64,000 nt of DNA from Felis catus. Lineage: Eukaryota. A program made the translations under genes and the position numbers. The notes below the pieces were generated by a model, which had not been told where the DNA came from, did no database searches, and saw nothing but the letters and a program-made list of their open reading frames with translations. Of the stretch, positions 1-11,500 are shown piece after piece; positions within the stretch are counted from its first letter, which is position 1, and each line of letters starts with the position of its first letter. The DNA lies in assembly GCF_018350175.1 (NCBI RefSeq), contig NC_058369.1, forward strand, positions 5,706,001 through 5,770,000. Reading direction: 5' to 3'.

Positions 1-55
1 AGATGTAGAAACTCAGCTCCAGGAGGTACCAATAGTACAGGCCCGGTTTCAGGGG
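1..55 (-). CDS. CERS4: CERS4 coding exon 6, truncated by the window edge (PLKPGLYYWYLLELSFYI...)
   Basis: AG at 57-56; YWYLLELSFY matches the CerS TLC domain. Confidence 0.95.
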
Positions 56-373
56 CTGCGGCGGGGCGGGGCAAGGTTAGCCGTGGGGAGTCGAGGCTCC
101 CATGGGGCAGGGGCCTCCCTGTTCGCTCAAAACCAGGACCTCTGGATCCAAATGACTGGGGAAGGTGGGGGCGGTCAAGGGCAGGGGGTCTGTGGCGGCT
201 CCTGCTCCAGGGTTCCTGGCTTCTGGCCTCTGCCCACTCCACAGGGGAGGCGGAAATACTGTGGCCCTCAGGGGTGTCCTGTGATGTCCAGGTTTGGCTC
301 CCCCCCCTGTGGCTACAGGGGCTCTGACCATCCCCGCCCTCCCACCGGCCTGGGAGCCCCGCCCACCACTCAC

Positions 374-424
374 CTGATCTGGGTAATTGTCCCAGCACAT
401 CACCGGTGTCCACAGCCATGACTC
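374..424 (-). CDS. CERS4: CERS4 coding exon 5 (51 nt; ESWLWTPVMCWDNYPDQ)
   Basis: AG at 426-425, GTGAGT at 373; CW..YP.Q motif of CerS proteins. Confidence 0.96.
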
Positions 425-748
425 CTGCAGGGACCCGGGAGTCTGAAGCTGCCCAAAGGTCAGAGCCCAGCCCTCTACTCCCCAGGTGCGCCCTCCCCTG
501 GGCTGCTCTCACTCTAGACCGAGGGTTGTCGGCTGCACACCCCCGGCTCCCCGCGCACAGCATGTCCTCAGCAGGCACCTGAGTGATCTGCCAGGACCCC
601 TCCCAGCCCTCTCCCCTTCTCTGTGCCTTTGCGCGCTTCCCTCCTCTGCCCGAACCCCTCCACGGCCCCCAGCCCAGGCCCTGGGCACAGCAAGTGCCTG
701 TGGGATCGATGGGGGTGGGGGGGCAGGGAAACGGGCAGGTGCACTCAC

Positions 749-806
749 GTGGTAGAGGACAGAGAGGCCACCGAAGAAGGAGCACAGGTAGAAGACAAAC
801 CTCCAG
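749..806 (-). CDS. CERS4: CERS4 coding exon 4 (58 nt; S-WRFVFYLCSFFGGLSVLYH), TLC domain transmembrane segment
   Basis: AG at 808-807, GTGAGT at 748; frame continuous. Confidence 0.96.
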
Positions 807-906
807 CTGCAGATGGCGAGGGAGCCCGTGAGGCAGCCGCCAGGGGAGCAGACCCCCCCCCCCGGCACCCCTCCCCCCTCCCCCCGCAGCCCCACCCCAG
901 GCTTAC

Positions 907-1025
907 CTGGCCTCACAGAACTTCTTGCTCAGGCAGGGCCGGTCTTGGTTCCGGCGTCTCCGGAACCAGCGCCGGGTCTGTTGCAGCGTGAGGCCACACT
1001 GGGCAGCGAGGAAGGCCATCTGGGG
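907..1025 (-). CDS. CERS4: CERS4 coding exon 3 (119 nt; [40 protein letters not shown]), homeobox-like helix 3
   Basis: AG at 1027-1026, GTAAGC at 906. Contains the [11 protein letters not shown] motif typical of CERS2-6. Confidence 0.97.
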
Positions 1026-1688
1026 CTGGGGAGGGGCGACAGGGGTCACAGAGGTGGCCCTCCTGCCCCTGTCCCAGGACAGGTGAGACCCAGCTGCGTC
1101 CCCCCCCTCCCCTGCTGCCCCAGGCCTTGCCTGTGGGCCTGTCTACCTATGCACGCGGGGAGTAGGGGGGTTCACAGCGTGGGGTCCCCCCAAAGAGGCC
1201 ATATAAAAAGCAGTCCTGCTCACAGGACAGGCAGGTGGCTGATGGGGCTGGGACTAAAAAAGGGCCGGGGCTGGGGCAGCCCCCTCCTAGAGGTTTTCCT
1301 GGAACACTCAGGTCTTATCCCCACCCCAGGGAGGCAGTTGAGACCTTGCCTCCCACCCCTACCTTCAGAGGGAGGTGGACAAGGGAGGAAGAATCCCAAG
1401 GCCCTGAGCCACACCCACCGGATGGGCACAGGGGAGGTCACAGGCCTGCTCTGGTCTCCCCCACCCCCAGAGCAGTCTAGCCTTCTGTTCCTCACCAGCT
1501 CAGCAGAGACCTGGTCTCCCCACCTCCGTCCCAGGATGTGCCCACTGGGCAGCTGGGATGGCCGGTGGGGTGGGGAGAGGGGCACTGGGCTTTCCCTGTT
1601 GACGACTGGGCGTCATCCCAACCCCTGGGGCCCCATCCGCAAGGCAGCCGTGCAGGCCGATGGGGGGGGGGCGTCAGGGGGCTCTCAC

Positions 1689-1806
1689 CTCCTTGGGTTT
1701 ACACCCCTCTGTGAGGAAGTATTTCTCCAGAGTGGCATTTGACTTTGCTGGCCTCCTGGCCTGATCTCGCACACCCAGCCACCGGCTCAGGGGCAGGCCG
1801 ATAAAT
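1689..1806 (-). CDS. CERS4: CERS4 coding exon 2 (118 nt; R-FIGLPLSRWLGVRDQARRPAKSNATLEKYFLTEGCKPKE), start of homeobox-like domain
   Basis: AG at 1808-1807, GTGAGA at 1688. Phase matches the previous exon (AG|A = Arg) and the peptide matches CERS4. Confidence 0.97.
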
Positions 1807-2334
1807 CTGGGTGCAGGGGAGACAGAGCCGGTCAATCCAGGTGGGGAAACTGAGGCTCCGAGGGGCCAGGTCACACGCTGGAACCCTGGAGGGGTAGGCT
1901 GGCCGCCGTACTGGACCAAACCTAGGAAGGGCAGCTGGATGGGTGGGTCTTCAGGATGGGGATGCGAAGGTTAACTTTTGGGGCACTCGGCCAGCGGCAC
2001 TCAGTCCCAAACAGGAACGAGGGTCCCCGCAATGCCTGTCTCACGGTGGTCTGGGTCCTTGTCTGTGCCCCGTCAGGCTGGGGGGTCCCCATAGGCAGGA
2101 GCGGGTCTGCTCCCACTCCGGTGGCCCTTCTCCCAGCGGGGTCACGTGCAGGAGCCCGGATCTCCAGGCAATCCCCACACTTTCCACTAGAGGGCCCCTG
2201 AGGCCAGGGGTCAGGACGGAATTTCCTACCCACCATCCAAAACCCGCCTCCGTCTGGGAGAACTGAGCTCAGTGCAGCCCAGCAAGAACTCATTCCAGAC
2301 TCTGTCATGACCGGGGAGTGGGGGAGAAGGGGAC

Positions 2335-2545
2335 TGTCATTTATTGAGTACTTACAATCTGCCAAGCATAGGCACGAATCCACATTAGGTCCTGGCTCAT
2401 TTAACTCTACTGTCAAAGTCCCCATTGCCCTGATGAGTAAACCGAGGCTCAGAGAGGTCAGAGGTATGGCCAAGGTTACACAGCGGGTGAGCAGCAGACT
2501 GGCCCAGGATTTACTTTAGCGATGGCGAAAACGTCCGCCTTCAAC
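2335..2545 (-). mobile_element. MIR SINE remnant
   Basis: gatgagtaaaccgaggctcagagaggtcagaggtatggccaaggttacacagc is the MIR core in reverse. Confidence 0.75.
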
Positions 2546-2789
2546 CCTGGAAAAGCTACCCACTCACTCTGCCCTTTGAAAGGATAACTCTAGGATGGGA
2601 TACACCCATACCTCTAAGGAGGCCATCAGTTAAATATACAACTCCCCCCACTCCAGGCTCCAGTAGTGAACCTGGGCATAGTCTTGTGCCCTCCCCACCC
2701 TGTGGGAAAGATGAGGACTCACCCTTCAAAGCCTGGCTGAATTGGGCCTCTTAGAATCCCTCAGGCAAAGCCTTAGTCCCAGACGACCT

Positions 2790-2975
2790 ACCCGCTGTGT
2801 GACCACAGGCCAGTGCCTCGACCTCTCTGTGCCTCAATTTCCTACTCTGTACAATGGGGATAATAACAGTACCACCTCATGGGGTTGCACAGGGGGCTGA
2901 GTTAAGACATGTAAGCTGCTTCAGGCAATGGTGGGCACAGAGTAGGTGCTCCAGGGGTATCTGTTAAATAAATAC
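2790..2975 (+). mobile_element. MIR SINE remnant
   Basis: gctgtgtgacc...acctctctgtgcctcaatttcctactctgtacaatggggataataacagtacc is the MIR core. Confidence 0.85.
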
Positions 2976-4153
2976 AACCTCAGTGTGTATTCCCGGGTCC
3001 CCGGTGTCCCGCCTGTATCATGTGAGCCCAGACACGGGGAAGCTCCTTGGGGGTGGGAGAGACAAGGCAAGAGGTAGAGTGTTCCCATTTCCCTGTGGTC
3101 AGGGCAGGACAAAGCCAGGGACTCAAAGTGGGGGCGGAAGGGAGTTATGGGCTCTATGGGGGGGAGCAGAAGGGCATGGTGGGGGTCTCCCGGAACCCAG
3201 CCTTGAAGGAACTGCAGAGGAGTGAGGGAGAAGGCCAGGTGGGTGCATAGAAGGTGGCGGGCCTGCGAAGGGCGCCTGGGGAGGGACGTTAAGGGGGAGG
3301 GGGAACCTCAGAGGGGGTGGGGGGCTGATCACGGAGGGGACTGTCTGGCAGGAAGGGGGCCTGGCAAGACAGGTCTGAATCAGCTGTGACTACAGTGTTG
3401 GTCCACGTGGAAAGCGTGGGGCACCTGGGGCAGAGGGAAGGGGCCCTGGGAGAGCTGCCCGCGCCCAGGAGACAGCCAGGCAGGGAAAGGCAGGGAACCC
3501 CAGTGTGAAGGAGGGTCTGGGTCCCATGAGACACGACTGAAAATCTACAGGGTTTGGCACCCGGCTTGCTGGGAATCGGGGCAGGGGGGCCGGGAACCAG
3601 GCTGCAAGGGGGAGGGGAGAAGGGGGGAGGGATTTGGGCACAAACGGGGAAGCCAGAGTGCCCAGCTCCTTCCTTTGGCAGAGGGAGGAGGGAAGGTGTT
3701 AGGAGCCGGGAGGGAGGGGAGGGGAGGGGGAGGGGGTGTAGGAGGGATGATGGGGGGTGAGAGGGATGCGGGGGGCTGATGGAAGGATGGTAGGGGCAGG
3801 GTGGGGGAGGTGGGGGAGGGCTGGTGAGGTGGAGGGTCACCTGGCCCGCAGGAGAGGGGCAGGAGGGAGCAGGCGAGAGTTTCTTTGCCCCCGGGGCCTC
3901 TTCAGGCCTCTCTTTGGTCAGCAAAGCAAGAACGCGTCCTCCAGGGCCTCCGCCCATTTTCCGAAGACGCTGGCATGAGGGACCGAGCTGCAGCCCGTGT
4001 GGCGGGAAACCGGCCACCGGAGGCTGGAAGGGTGTGGGCGCGAGGGGCTGGGGACAAGACGGGGCTGGGAGAGGCACGCGGGCTCAGAGCCAGGCTCCGT
4101 CCAGGACACATTAGGACGAAACCCCTCAGGGCGTCCGGCCGGGGTGAGCACGT

Positions 4154-4213
4154 CGTGCGTGCACACGCACGTGCGCGCGCGCGCGCGCGCACACACACAC
4201 ACACACACACGTG
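4154..4213. repeat. Alternating purine-pyrimidine tract containing (GC)9(AC)10
   Basis: Read directly from the sequence. Confidence 0.95.
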
Positions 4214-4231
4214 AGCGACCCGGGCACTCAC

Positions 4232-4404
4232 CTCTCGAAGGTGAAGCGCATGGCCACCAGGGCCAGTGCCAGGGGCAGGGCTGCCAGCACGTCCCGGGGG
4301 TGGGGGTAGACCAGGCCATCTCGGTCCTCCAGGGCAACCCACGAGCTGTTGGGTGGTAACCATAACTTCTCCTGCCAAAACCACTCGTTGAAGCTGGACC
4401 ACAT
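4232..4404 (-). CDS. CERS4: Ceramide synthase 4, first coding exon (173 nt; MWSSFNEWFWQEKLWLPPNSSWVALEDRDGLVYPHPRDVLAALPLALALVAMRFTFE-R)
   Basis: Translation matches the recalled N-terminus of mammalian CERS4 (human MLSSFNEWFWQDRFWLPPNVTWTELEDRDGRVYPHPQDLLAALPLAL). Acceptor CAG at 4408-4406, one UTR base (G 4405), ATG 4404-4402, donor GTGAGT at 4231. N-glycosylation sequon NSS at residue 19. Confidence 0.97.
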
Positions 4405-5015
4405 CCTGTGGACACGGGGTCCGGTGAAAAGGAGCTCGACCCGCAGGACCCACGGGTGGGGCAGGAGGGTCCGCCACCCCGCCCTCTCCTCCCCCCCAGC
4501 GCCCGGCAGCCTCCGGCTGTGTGTCCTCAGGCAAATGAGCTGCCCTCTCTGAATCTCAAGTTCACTGGGCAAACAGGGACAGTAACCCACCTGTCGGCCC
4601 CGCCCGATGAGACACACAAAGTGCTTAGCCCGGTGCCTACTGACCCTTCGGACACAGCTCCTGAAAACAGCTAGTATTTTGCACTTTACAGATGCGAAAA
4701 CAGGTGGCCAGTGGTCAAGGGACTGGCTGACGGGGGTCATCAACTCGAGTTCTCCGGTGTCCAGAACAGCTTTCCGTCGCTGTGGGACAGTCCCTCCAGT
4801 GCAGCCCAGGACGACCAGGGAAATCCGCGACTCCCTTCCTGACCGCCCGCCCTTCCAGGTGTGAATGTCGCTGCCTCGCTTGCTATGTGACTGCGGTTGG
4901 GCAAGAGAGTCCCCTGCATGACCCCGTGTGCCACGGAAGTGGAGCCTCCTTCCGCCAAGAAAGCTTTCCAGTGGCTGTCTGGATGAGTCTGAGCAGCTGT
5001 GACCTTTCCTGAGAT

Positions 5016-5450
5016 CCATCTATCGATCGATCGATCGACCTGCCTACCTACCTACCTTTTAAAGTTTTAAGTAATCTCTGCACCCAACATGGGGCTTGAA
5101 CTCACAACCCCCTGAGATCAAGAGTCACATGCTCTTTTGACTCAGCCAGCCAGGCGCCCCGCCCCTTCCCAAGATCTTAAGACAACTGTCCAGACCCCCA
5201 CACTGGTCCCCACTTAGGGTGTTCATCCTTAACGGCCATCTGTCCATCTGCCTTCTTCCCTGCCATCCATTCACTGTCCATCCATCCGTCCATCCATCCA
5301 CCAATCCACCAACCAGTTATCCTTCCATCCATCGGTCCATCCGTCCGTCCGCCTGCCCAGCTGTCCCTCTACCCATCTATCCCTCTACCTGTCAGCCCAT
5401 CCATCCATCTGCCTGCCCAGCTGCCCATCCGTCTGTCCATCCATCCACGA
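5016..5450. repeat. (ATCG)n/(CCTA)n microsatellite, short minus-strand CanSINE (~5058-5160) and degenerate (CCAT)n tract (~5235-5450)
   Basis: Read directly; SINE head caggcgcccc ends at 5160. Confidence 0.85.
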
Positions 5451-5454
5451 GGTG

Positions 5455-5950
5455 TTCTCTGATCAACTTATACATGCCAGCATGGGGCTAGGTGCTGAGG
5501 ATACAGCAGGGAAAAAAGGAGACACATTTCTGTCCTCATGGAGCTCACAGCCCAGCAGGGACAGCAGCCAATGCACAAGTAAACATTCATGAATGAGGTA
5601 ACACGGTGTGATGGGACCTGGTAGGGAATACACAGGTGGCCATGGCTTTAAATGAGGTGGCCAATGAAGGTCTAATGAGATACCCTCTGACGTGAAACCC
5701 AGAGGTGAGGAGGGCCCCGGTTTATGCAGAAGAGGGTACTGGTGGTCGGGAGGGGCTTTCAGAGGCACAAGCAGCAGGCGCAAAGGCCCTGAGGCAGGAC
5801 TGAGCTCAGAGTGTTGAAGAAACAGCAAGAGACCCCTGTGGCTGGAGCAGGGTGAGTGAGGGGGAGAGAGGAAGGAGGGAAGGCCAGGGAGGGGGGACAG
5901 GGGCAGGTCACCCGGGGCCCGCAGGCTTCAGGGAGGAATTCGGATGATTT
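5455..5950 (-). mobile_element. L2 LINE 3' remnant
   Basis: ctaggtgctgaggatacagcag...ctcatggagctcacag...gcaaaggccctgaggcagga...gtggctggagcagggtgag are typical L2 motifs. Confidence 0.75.
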
Positions 5951-6384
5951 CCAACATTTACAATTAAAAATGCAAAATGCATCAATCTTCGGTGTAGAGT
6001 CGCCTCTGGCAAATACAGGTACCTGTGTCATGCAGCCTCCTCTCCCGCCACAAAGCTCTCGTGCGTCTTCCCCCCTTCCCGGTCAATCTCCATCTCCCCC
6101 ATCCAAAGGTAACCTCTGTTAGGGGCTCGAGTGGGATCCCTGGGTCACGGGGCAGTCGCCTGTTTCACTTCATAAGCAACTGCCAAACTGTTTTCTGGGG
6201 TGGCTGGACCATTTTCCACCCCCGCCCGTGGAGTCTGGGGGTTCTGTGGCCCTTGGTTTTATTTTAGATACAATGACAAACTGTGGGGTACTGGTGCCGG
6301 TGTGGGAAGTGGCCTTCTGGAGGCCGGAAGGGGGTGATGTCCACCGGAAGGAGGTGGAGAGGAGGGGCGCAGGTTCCCAGAGAC

Positions 6385-7845
6385 TTTAAATGTTTATTTA
6401 TGTATTCATTTTTAAAGTAATCTCCACGCCCAACGCGGGGCCCTGGAACTCACGACCCTGAGATCAAGAGTCGCACGCTCTACCTGCTGAACCGCCAGCC
6501 AGGCGCCCCCCTCGAGAGACACTGGAGGTCAGCGGTCTGAGACGGGGGCTTGTGGTGCTGAAATCAAGGTTGGGCAGGGCCGCATTCCTTCTGGAGGTGG
6601 AGAGAACCCGTTCCTGCCTTTTCTGGCTTCTAGAGGCCACTGTACTCCCTGGAAGGCTGCGCCCTCTGTCTTCAAAGCCCACATCTCTCTCCCTGACCCT
6701 CCTGCCTCCCTCTATCAAAGACCCTTGGGGCGCCTGGGTGGCTCACTCCCTTAAGCGACCGACTCGATTCCGGCTCAGGTCATGATCTCAGGGTTCACGA
6801 GACCAAGCCCCGCGTCGGGCTCTGCATTAGGCATGGAGCCTGCTTGGGATTCTCTCTCTCCCTCTCTCTCCGCCCCTCCCTCGCTTGTGTGTGCTCTCCT
6901 CAACGCCCCCTCCCCCCCTCCCAAAAAGACCCTTGAGATGACACTGGGTCACCAGGGAATCCAGGGTCACCCCATCTCAAGGTCAGCTGATTAGCAACTT
7001 CAACTGTCCTTTGCCACACGAAGCTTCCAGGATTAGGGACGTGGGTATCTTAAGGGGGCAGTACTCTGCCTACCACAGTGCTGGACATCACAAAGTGGCT
7101 GCTCTAGGGACAGTGACCAGAAGGGGGATGTGGGGTTGCCCAGGGTTGGCATGTTCTGTCTCCCGGTCCGAGTGTTATTCAGGTTGAGAAAATTCACAGA
7201 GTTACGCATCTACAACGTGGGCCCTTTTCTCTCTGCAAATTAAAATGTTTGCATTTATTTTTTTTTATGTTTATTTATTTTGAGAAAGAGAGAAGCAGAG
7301 AGAGAGGGAGAGAGAATCCCAAGCAGGTTCTGTGCTGTCAGCACAGAGACTGATGCGGGGCTCGATCTCACGAACCACGAGATCATGACCTGAGCCGAAA
7401 TCAAGAGTTGGACATTTAACCGACTGAGACACCCAGGCGCCCCTAAATGTTTCTTTTTTAAAACGTCTATAATTCTGGAGGCGCCTAGGTGGCTCAGTCG
7501 GTTAAGCGGCTGTTTCTGGCTCAGGTCATGATCTCACGGTTCATGGGTTCGAGCCCCACGTCGGGCTCTGTGCCATCTGCACGGAGGCTGCTTGGGATAC
7601 TCTGTCCCCCTCTCTCTCTCTGCCCCTCCCCCGCTCGTTCATTCATTCTCTCTCTCAAAAATAAATGGGTAAAAATAAAATAAATTAAAAAAAAAGTCTA
7701 TAATTCTGTTCTGTTTGTTGTTGTTGACGTTTTTAGTAGGCTCCACATCAAGCCAATGTGGGGCTTGAACTCACGACCCTGAGATCAAGACCTGAGCTGA
7801 GATCAAGAGTCAGATGCTTAACCGACTGAGCCACCCAGGCGCCCC
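6385..7845. mobile_element. Cluster: CanSINEs (6385-6510 -, 6727-6925 +, 7260-7443 -, 7477-7695 +, 7730-7845 -) and a MaLR MLT1 LTR (~6520-7077, -)
   Basis: SINE heads ggggcgcctgggtggctcag with (CT)n and A tails. MLT1 motifs aaatcaagg..ggcagggccgcattccttctggagg and ...actctgcctaccaca. Confidence 0.85.
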
Positions 7846-7859
7846 GAGTCTACCCTTCT

Positions 7860-8600
7860 GATTCCAGTTCCAATGGGTGGGCTTCTCCCCACCACGGCCC
7901 CAGCTAGCTGTCCTACAACAACTCAACAACAGAGACGGCATCAGATCCCACAGGTCAAGGGCTCAGTCCTACAAGACCGTCCCCCCCCCCCCCAACCTTC
8001 AGACACCAACTGGGCCTAAATTATTATTACCTGTGCTTCTGACCAACTGGCTATAAATCAGAGGTTCCCAGGACCCCCTCCTTGGGTTTGATTAATTTGC
8101 TAGAGCAGCTCGCAGAACGCCGAGAAACACGCTGCTGATTAGATCACAGTTCTCTTGCAACAGGACACAACTCAGGAACAGCCAGATAGAAGGGATGTTG
8201 AGGGCAAGGCATGGGGAAGGGGCACCCATCTCCACATGTACCACACCCCCCCCCCCCCATTTCCATGCGTTCGCCAACCAGGAAGCTCTCTGAACTATGC
8301 CCTTTGGGTTTTCATGGAGGCTTCATTACAAAGGAGGCTGGATGAAATCATCATTCACTGATGACTGAGTTCACCTGCAGGCCCTCTCCCCTCCCTGGAG
8401 GTGGGACCAGGGGGCACTGAAAGTTTCTACCCTGGGTTCACAGTGGCTTCCTCTGGCAACCAGGGGCTTTCCCAAAGCCATCTTGTTAACATAACCAGAG
8501 ACTCCTTGATCAGTCTTATCACAGGAAATTCTAAGGGTCTGGGAAGCTCTGTGCGAGACCAGGGACAAAGGCCAAGCACCTATTTCTTATAAATCACAAT
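7860..8600 (-). mobile_element. ERVL-class LTR, MER21-like
   Basis: catcagatcccacaggtcaagggctcagtcctacaagac...gaccaactggctataaatcagaggttccc...ataaatcacaata matches the recalled MER21 consensus. Confidence 0.75.
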
Positions 8601-11099
8601 AGGACAAGTCAAATGGAGAAAAAAGAAAAAGCCCCAGAGTCTGAGTCTCAGAGCCAGCAGGGCTGACGTTCAAGTCCACGGGGACGTGTGGAATAGCGCA
8701 GGGAGGGGCGGAGACAAAGGACCAGGTTGTGAGGCATCTGGCAATCAGCGAGGTGACTGATAATGGCAGTGCCACCAATGGACACCCTGGCAGCAGCTTG
8801 ACAAGCGGCCGAGGGTGTGCGACCGTGGCTAGCCTAGACCTACGAGACTCGGGCGTCCCAGACAGAACGGACAGATGGGTAGGTGGACGCAGGGACGTCT
8901 GCCCGGGCGGTTGAGCTCTCTGGAGAAACCGTCTTCACTAACAGGCAAGGTTGGCTTGATCCCACACACCCACAGGGGCACAGGGACACGTGCCCAGGCC
9001 GGCATTCCCGCCTCCCAACCAGAGCCACACCCACTGCAGGGCATCTCCAACCCCCTCCTCACCCAGCGGACATCCCTCCCCCCTCCCCCCCACCCCCAGC
9101 ACAAAGGAAGCGAGCGGGGAGTCCCGGGAAAGCCCCCAGCCAGCCAGAGCTGAAGCCAGAACCCAGGAGTCCAGGCCCCCAATGCCATGTTCTTCCCCCA
9201 CTCAAGGGCCACCCAGATCAGGATCCACCACAGCTGTGACGCGTGCAAAAGCCGTGATGAGCTTGGGAGGAGGAAGAGTACACACGGGCGATGGCATCTT
9301 CCAATCTGAGGCCTCGGCCGATGTCCCAGCTTCAAAGCCCACTGCCTGACGCTTCCTGCTCCCCCCACACCAGAGGATTTCCCACAGCCAGCTTTTACAA
9401 CTGCTGTCCTCTGCCTAGAATGCCCGTCTAATAGTTATTGCCCTATGTTGGGTGCTGAGAACACTGCATCGTGAGGGAACAGGCAAGGGCTCTGCCTCCA
9501 CAGGGCTTACACCCCTTCCTTGTCTGTCTGGCAAACTCCTACGCATCCTTCAAAACCCAGTTCATTTGTCACTTCCTCCTGGAAGTACCCCCCGGTTGCC
9601 CCGACCTTGGATTCAGTTAAAGCACATTCCCCCAGCCCTGCTTCGCTCACTGTGATACTGGGAGCTAGTCACAAAGTCTTTTTGGAACAGTGGGGGATGG
9701 AGAAGGAAGGAAGCGTGACCAGTCTGGAACTCCAGCACCCTCAGCTGAAGCAAGCCCAGGCAAACCTTTCTGGCATCCACGTCGGAATGATCCACCCGGA
9801 CCGCAGAGGTCTTAGCCCCGGAAGCCCTACCCTGTCTCTAAAGTGTCTGTCCCCTCCCACCCCTCCACCCTCTCGATAAAGAAGAGACACTGTGGCGTGA
9901 GGAGAGAACAGGGTCTGGAGCCCGGCAGACGGGCCAGAGTCCCAGCTGCAATGCAACCCCAGGCAGGCAACCAGGCTGCTCCGTGCCTCAGTTTCCCCAT
10001 GTATAAAATGGGATACCCACCCGGCGTGGTGGCAACGACCCCTGGGGTAGAACGGGCACTACGTGTGACTGACTTCTGTATTAGCAGCAGAGAGGGCAGC
10101 GTGGGATGAGGGGCAGTCTGGGCAGGAGGGGTGCTGGATGGTTCTTCCCAGAACCTCCTTGGCCTCCGCAGCCTTCCCTTAAAGCTGCAGCTAATAAACT
10201 CGGGCTGGGCTTGGCCAGGGCCACGGAGAGGTCATCTGGAGACTCACCGAGTGGCTGGTCCAGCCCAACCAGACTGAGCCTACATCCCCATCACCCCAGC
10301 CCTGCCCCCAGTCTCCCAGCAGGACTGCTGGGTCTTGAAGCCTCTCTGGCCTCACTCCCAGCCCTGCCCCTGCCACCTGGGAGCCAGACTCTGATAATCC
10401 TTCTTAGTGGCTAAAAATATCCCCAGACCGGGAGAGATTAGGGCTTCGGGCTGATGCGGGGAGAGAGGATGAGCAGAGGGTCCCTGTCCCCGCTCAGAGG
10501 CCCGAATGAGCTTACGGCTCCCTGTTGGTCCCCAGAACCTCCAAACGCCCCAGCCCCAGCAGAGCAGGGCTGTGCACATAGGTTTGTTTTGTTTTATTTT
10601 AAGTCCAGCTGGAAATGCAGGACTTGCCCGGGTTGTGAAAAAGGAAATCAATTCAGACTCCAGATGTCTGGGCCGCCCAGGGACGGACACACACATACAC
10701 ACAGTCTCCCGGCCCCTGCAGCCTGGCCTACTGCCTGGGGTCACCTGACTCCGGCTGGAGGCCCAGGCAGGGAACACATGATGTGCTAAGCGGGGGTTGT
10801 TTGTAGATAACCGCAGCCGCCCCTGCCCTGGGCCCTGGCTGTCCCCTCCAGATAGCCCTGGTTCCTCTGCTCTGGGCCTCTCTGCTCAGAGGCCCTACGG
10901 GGTGCGAATGACCAGAGGGAGAGCCAGTCCAGGAGTCACTACCGTGCCGTTCTCTGCAAAGACCCCGAGGAGGGCCCCAGGTCCAGGGCTCTGCCTCACC
11001 CCAGCTCCTGCTATGCAGACACACGTGTGCCCTCCGCACTCCGGCTCTGTTGACACACCCTCCCTCACTGCGCTAACTCAACTTATTACGATGGCTGCT

Positions 11100-11500
11100 T
11101 GCTGGCCTTCTAATTCACCAAGCTCATTTCTGCCCCAGGGCTTTGCATGTGCTGTGTCCAACTCACCCAGCTCACTGTTGCCCCGGGGACTTTGCACACA
11201 CTGTCCCCTCACACAGCCCCGTGTCTGGCTCTGTCTCATTATTCATATCCCAGCTCACTCATCAGAGAAAACGTCTCAGATGGCTACCAAAGAAGCCTCT
11301 GTGTTACTCCGTCTCCATATCCCGTTCTGTTCCTTTAGTCTTCCTGTCCTATGTGAGCTCGTATTTACTAGTTTGCCCGTCTCACCTCAAGGCCGAAGAC
11401 TCGTGAAGCCCAGAGTGTTGTTTTAGGCACCGTTGAATCCTGAGAATAGGGCCTGGTACAACATTAGATGCCAACCGTTTGCTAAGTGGATGAATGAACG
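11100..11500 (+). mobile_element. L2 LINE 3' remnant
   Basis: ccagggctttgcatgtgctgt...agggcctggtaca...gtttgctaagtggatgaatgaa. Confidence 0.65.

Noticed and set aside
813..1742. 309-aa plus-strand ORF antisense to CERS4 exons, with a TATAAAA at ~1202-1208
   Set aside because: GC-rich Pro/Gly-biased shadow ORF with no recognisable homology; the TATA-like motif is isolated and lies inside the ORF.
4405..5019. 263-aa ORF (4228-5019) suggesting an N-terminally extended CERS4
   Set aside because: CERS4 similarity begins at Met 4404 directly after a splice acceptor; the upstream part runs through intronic MIR-like sequence.
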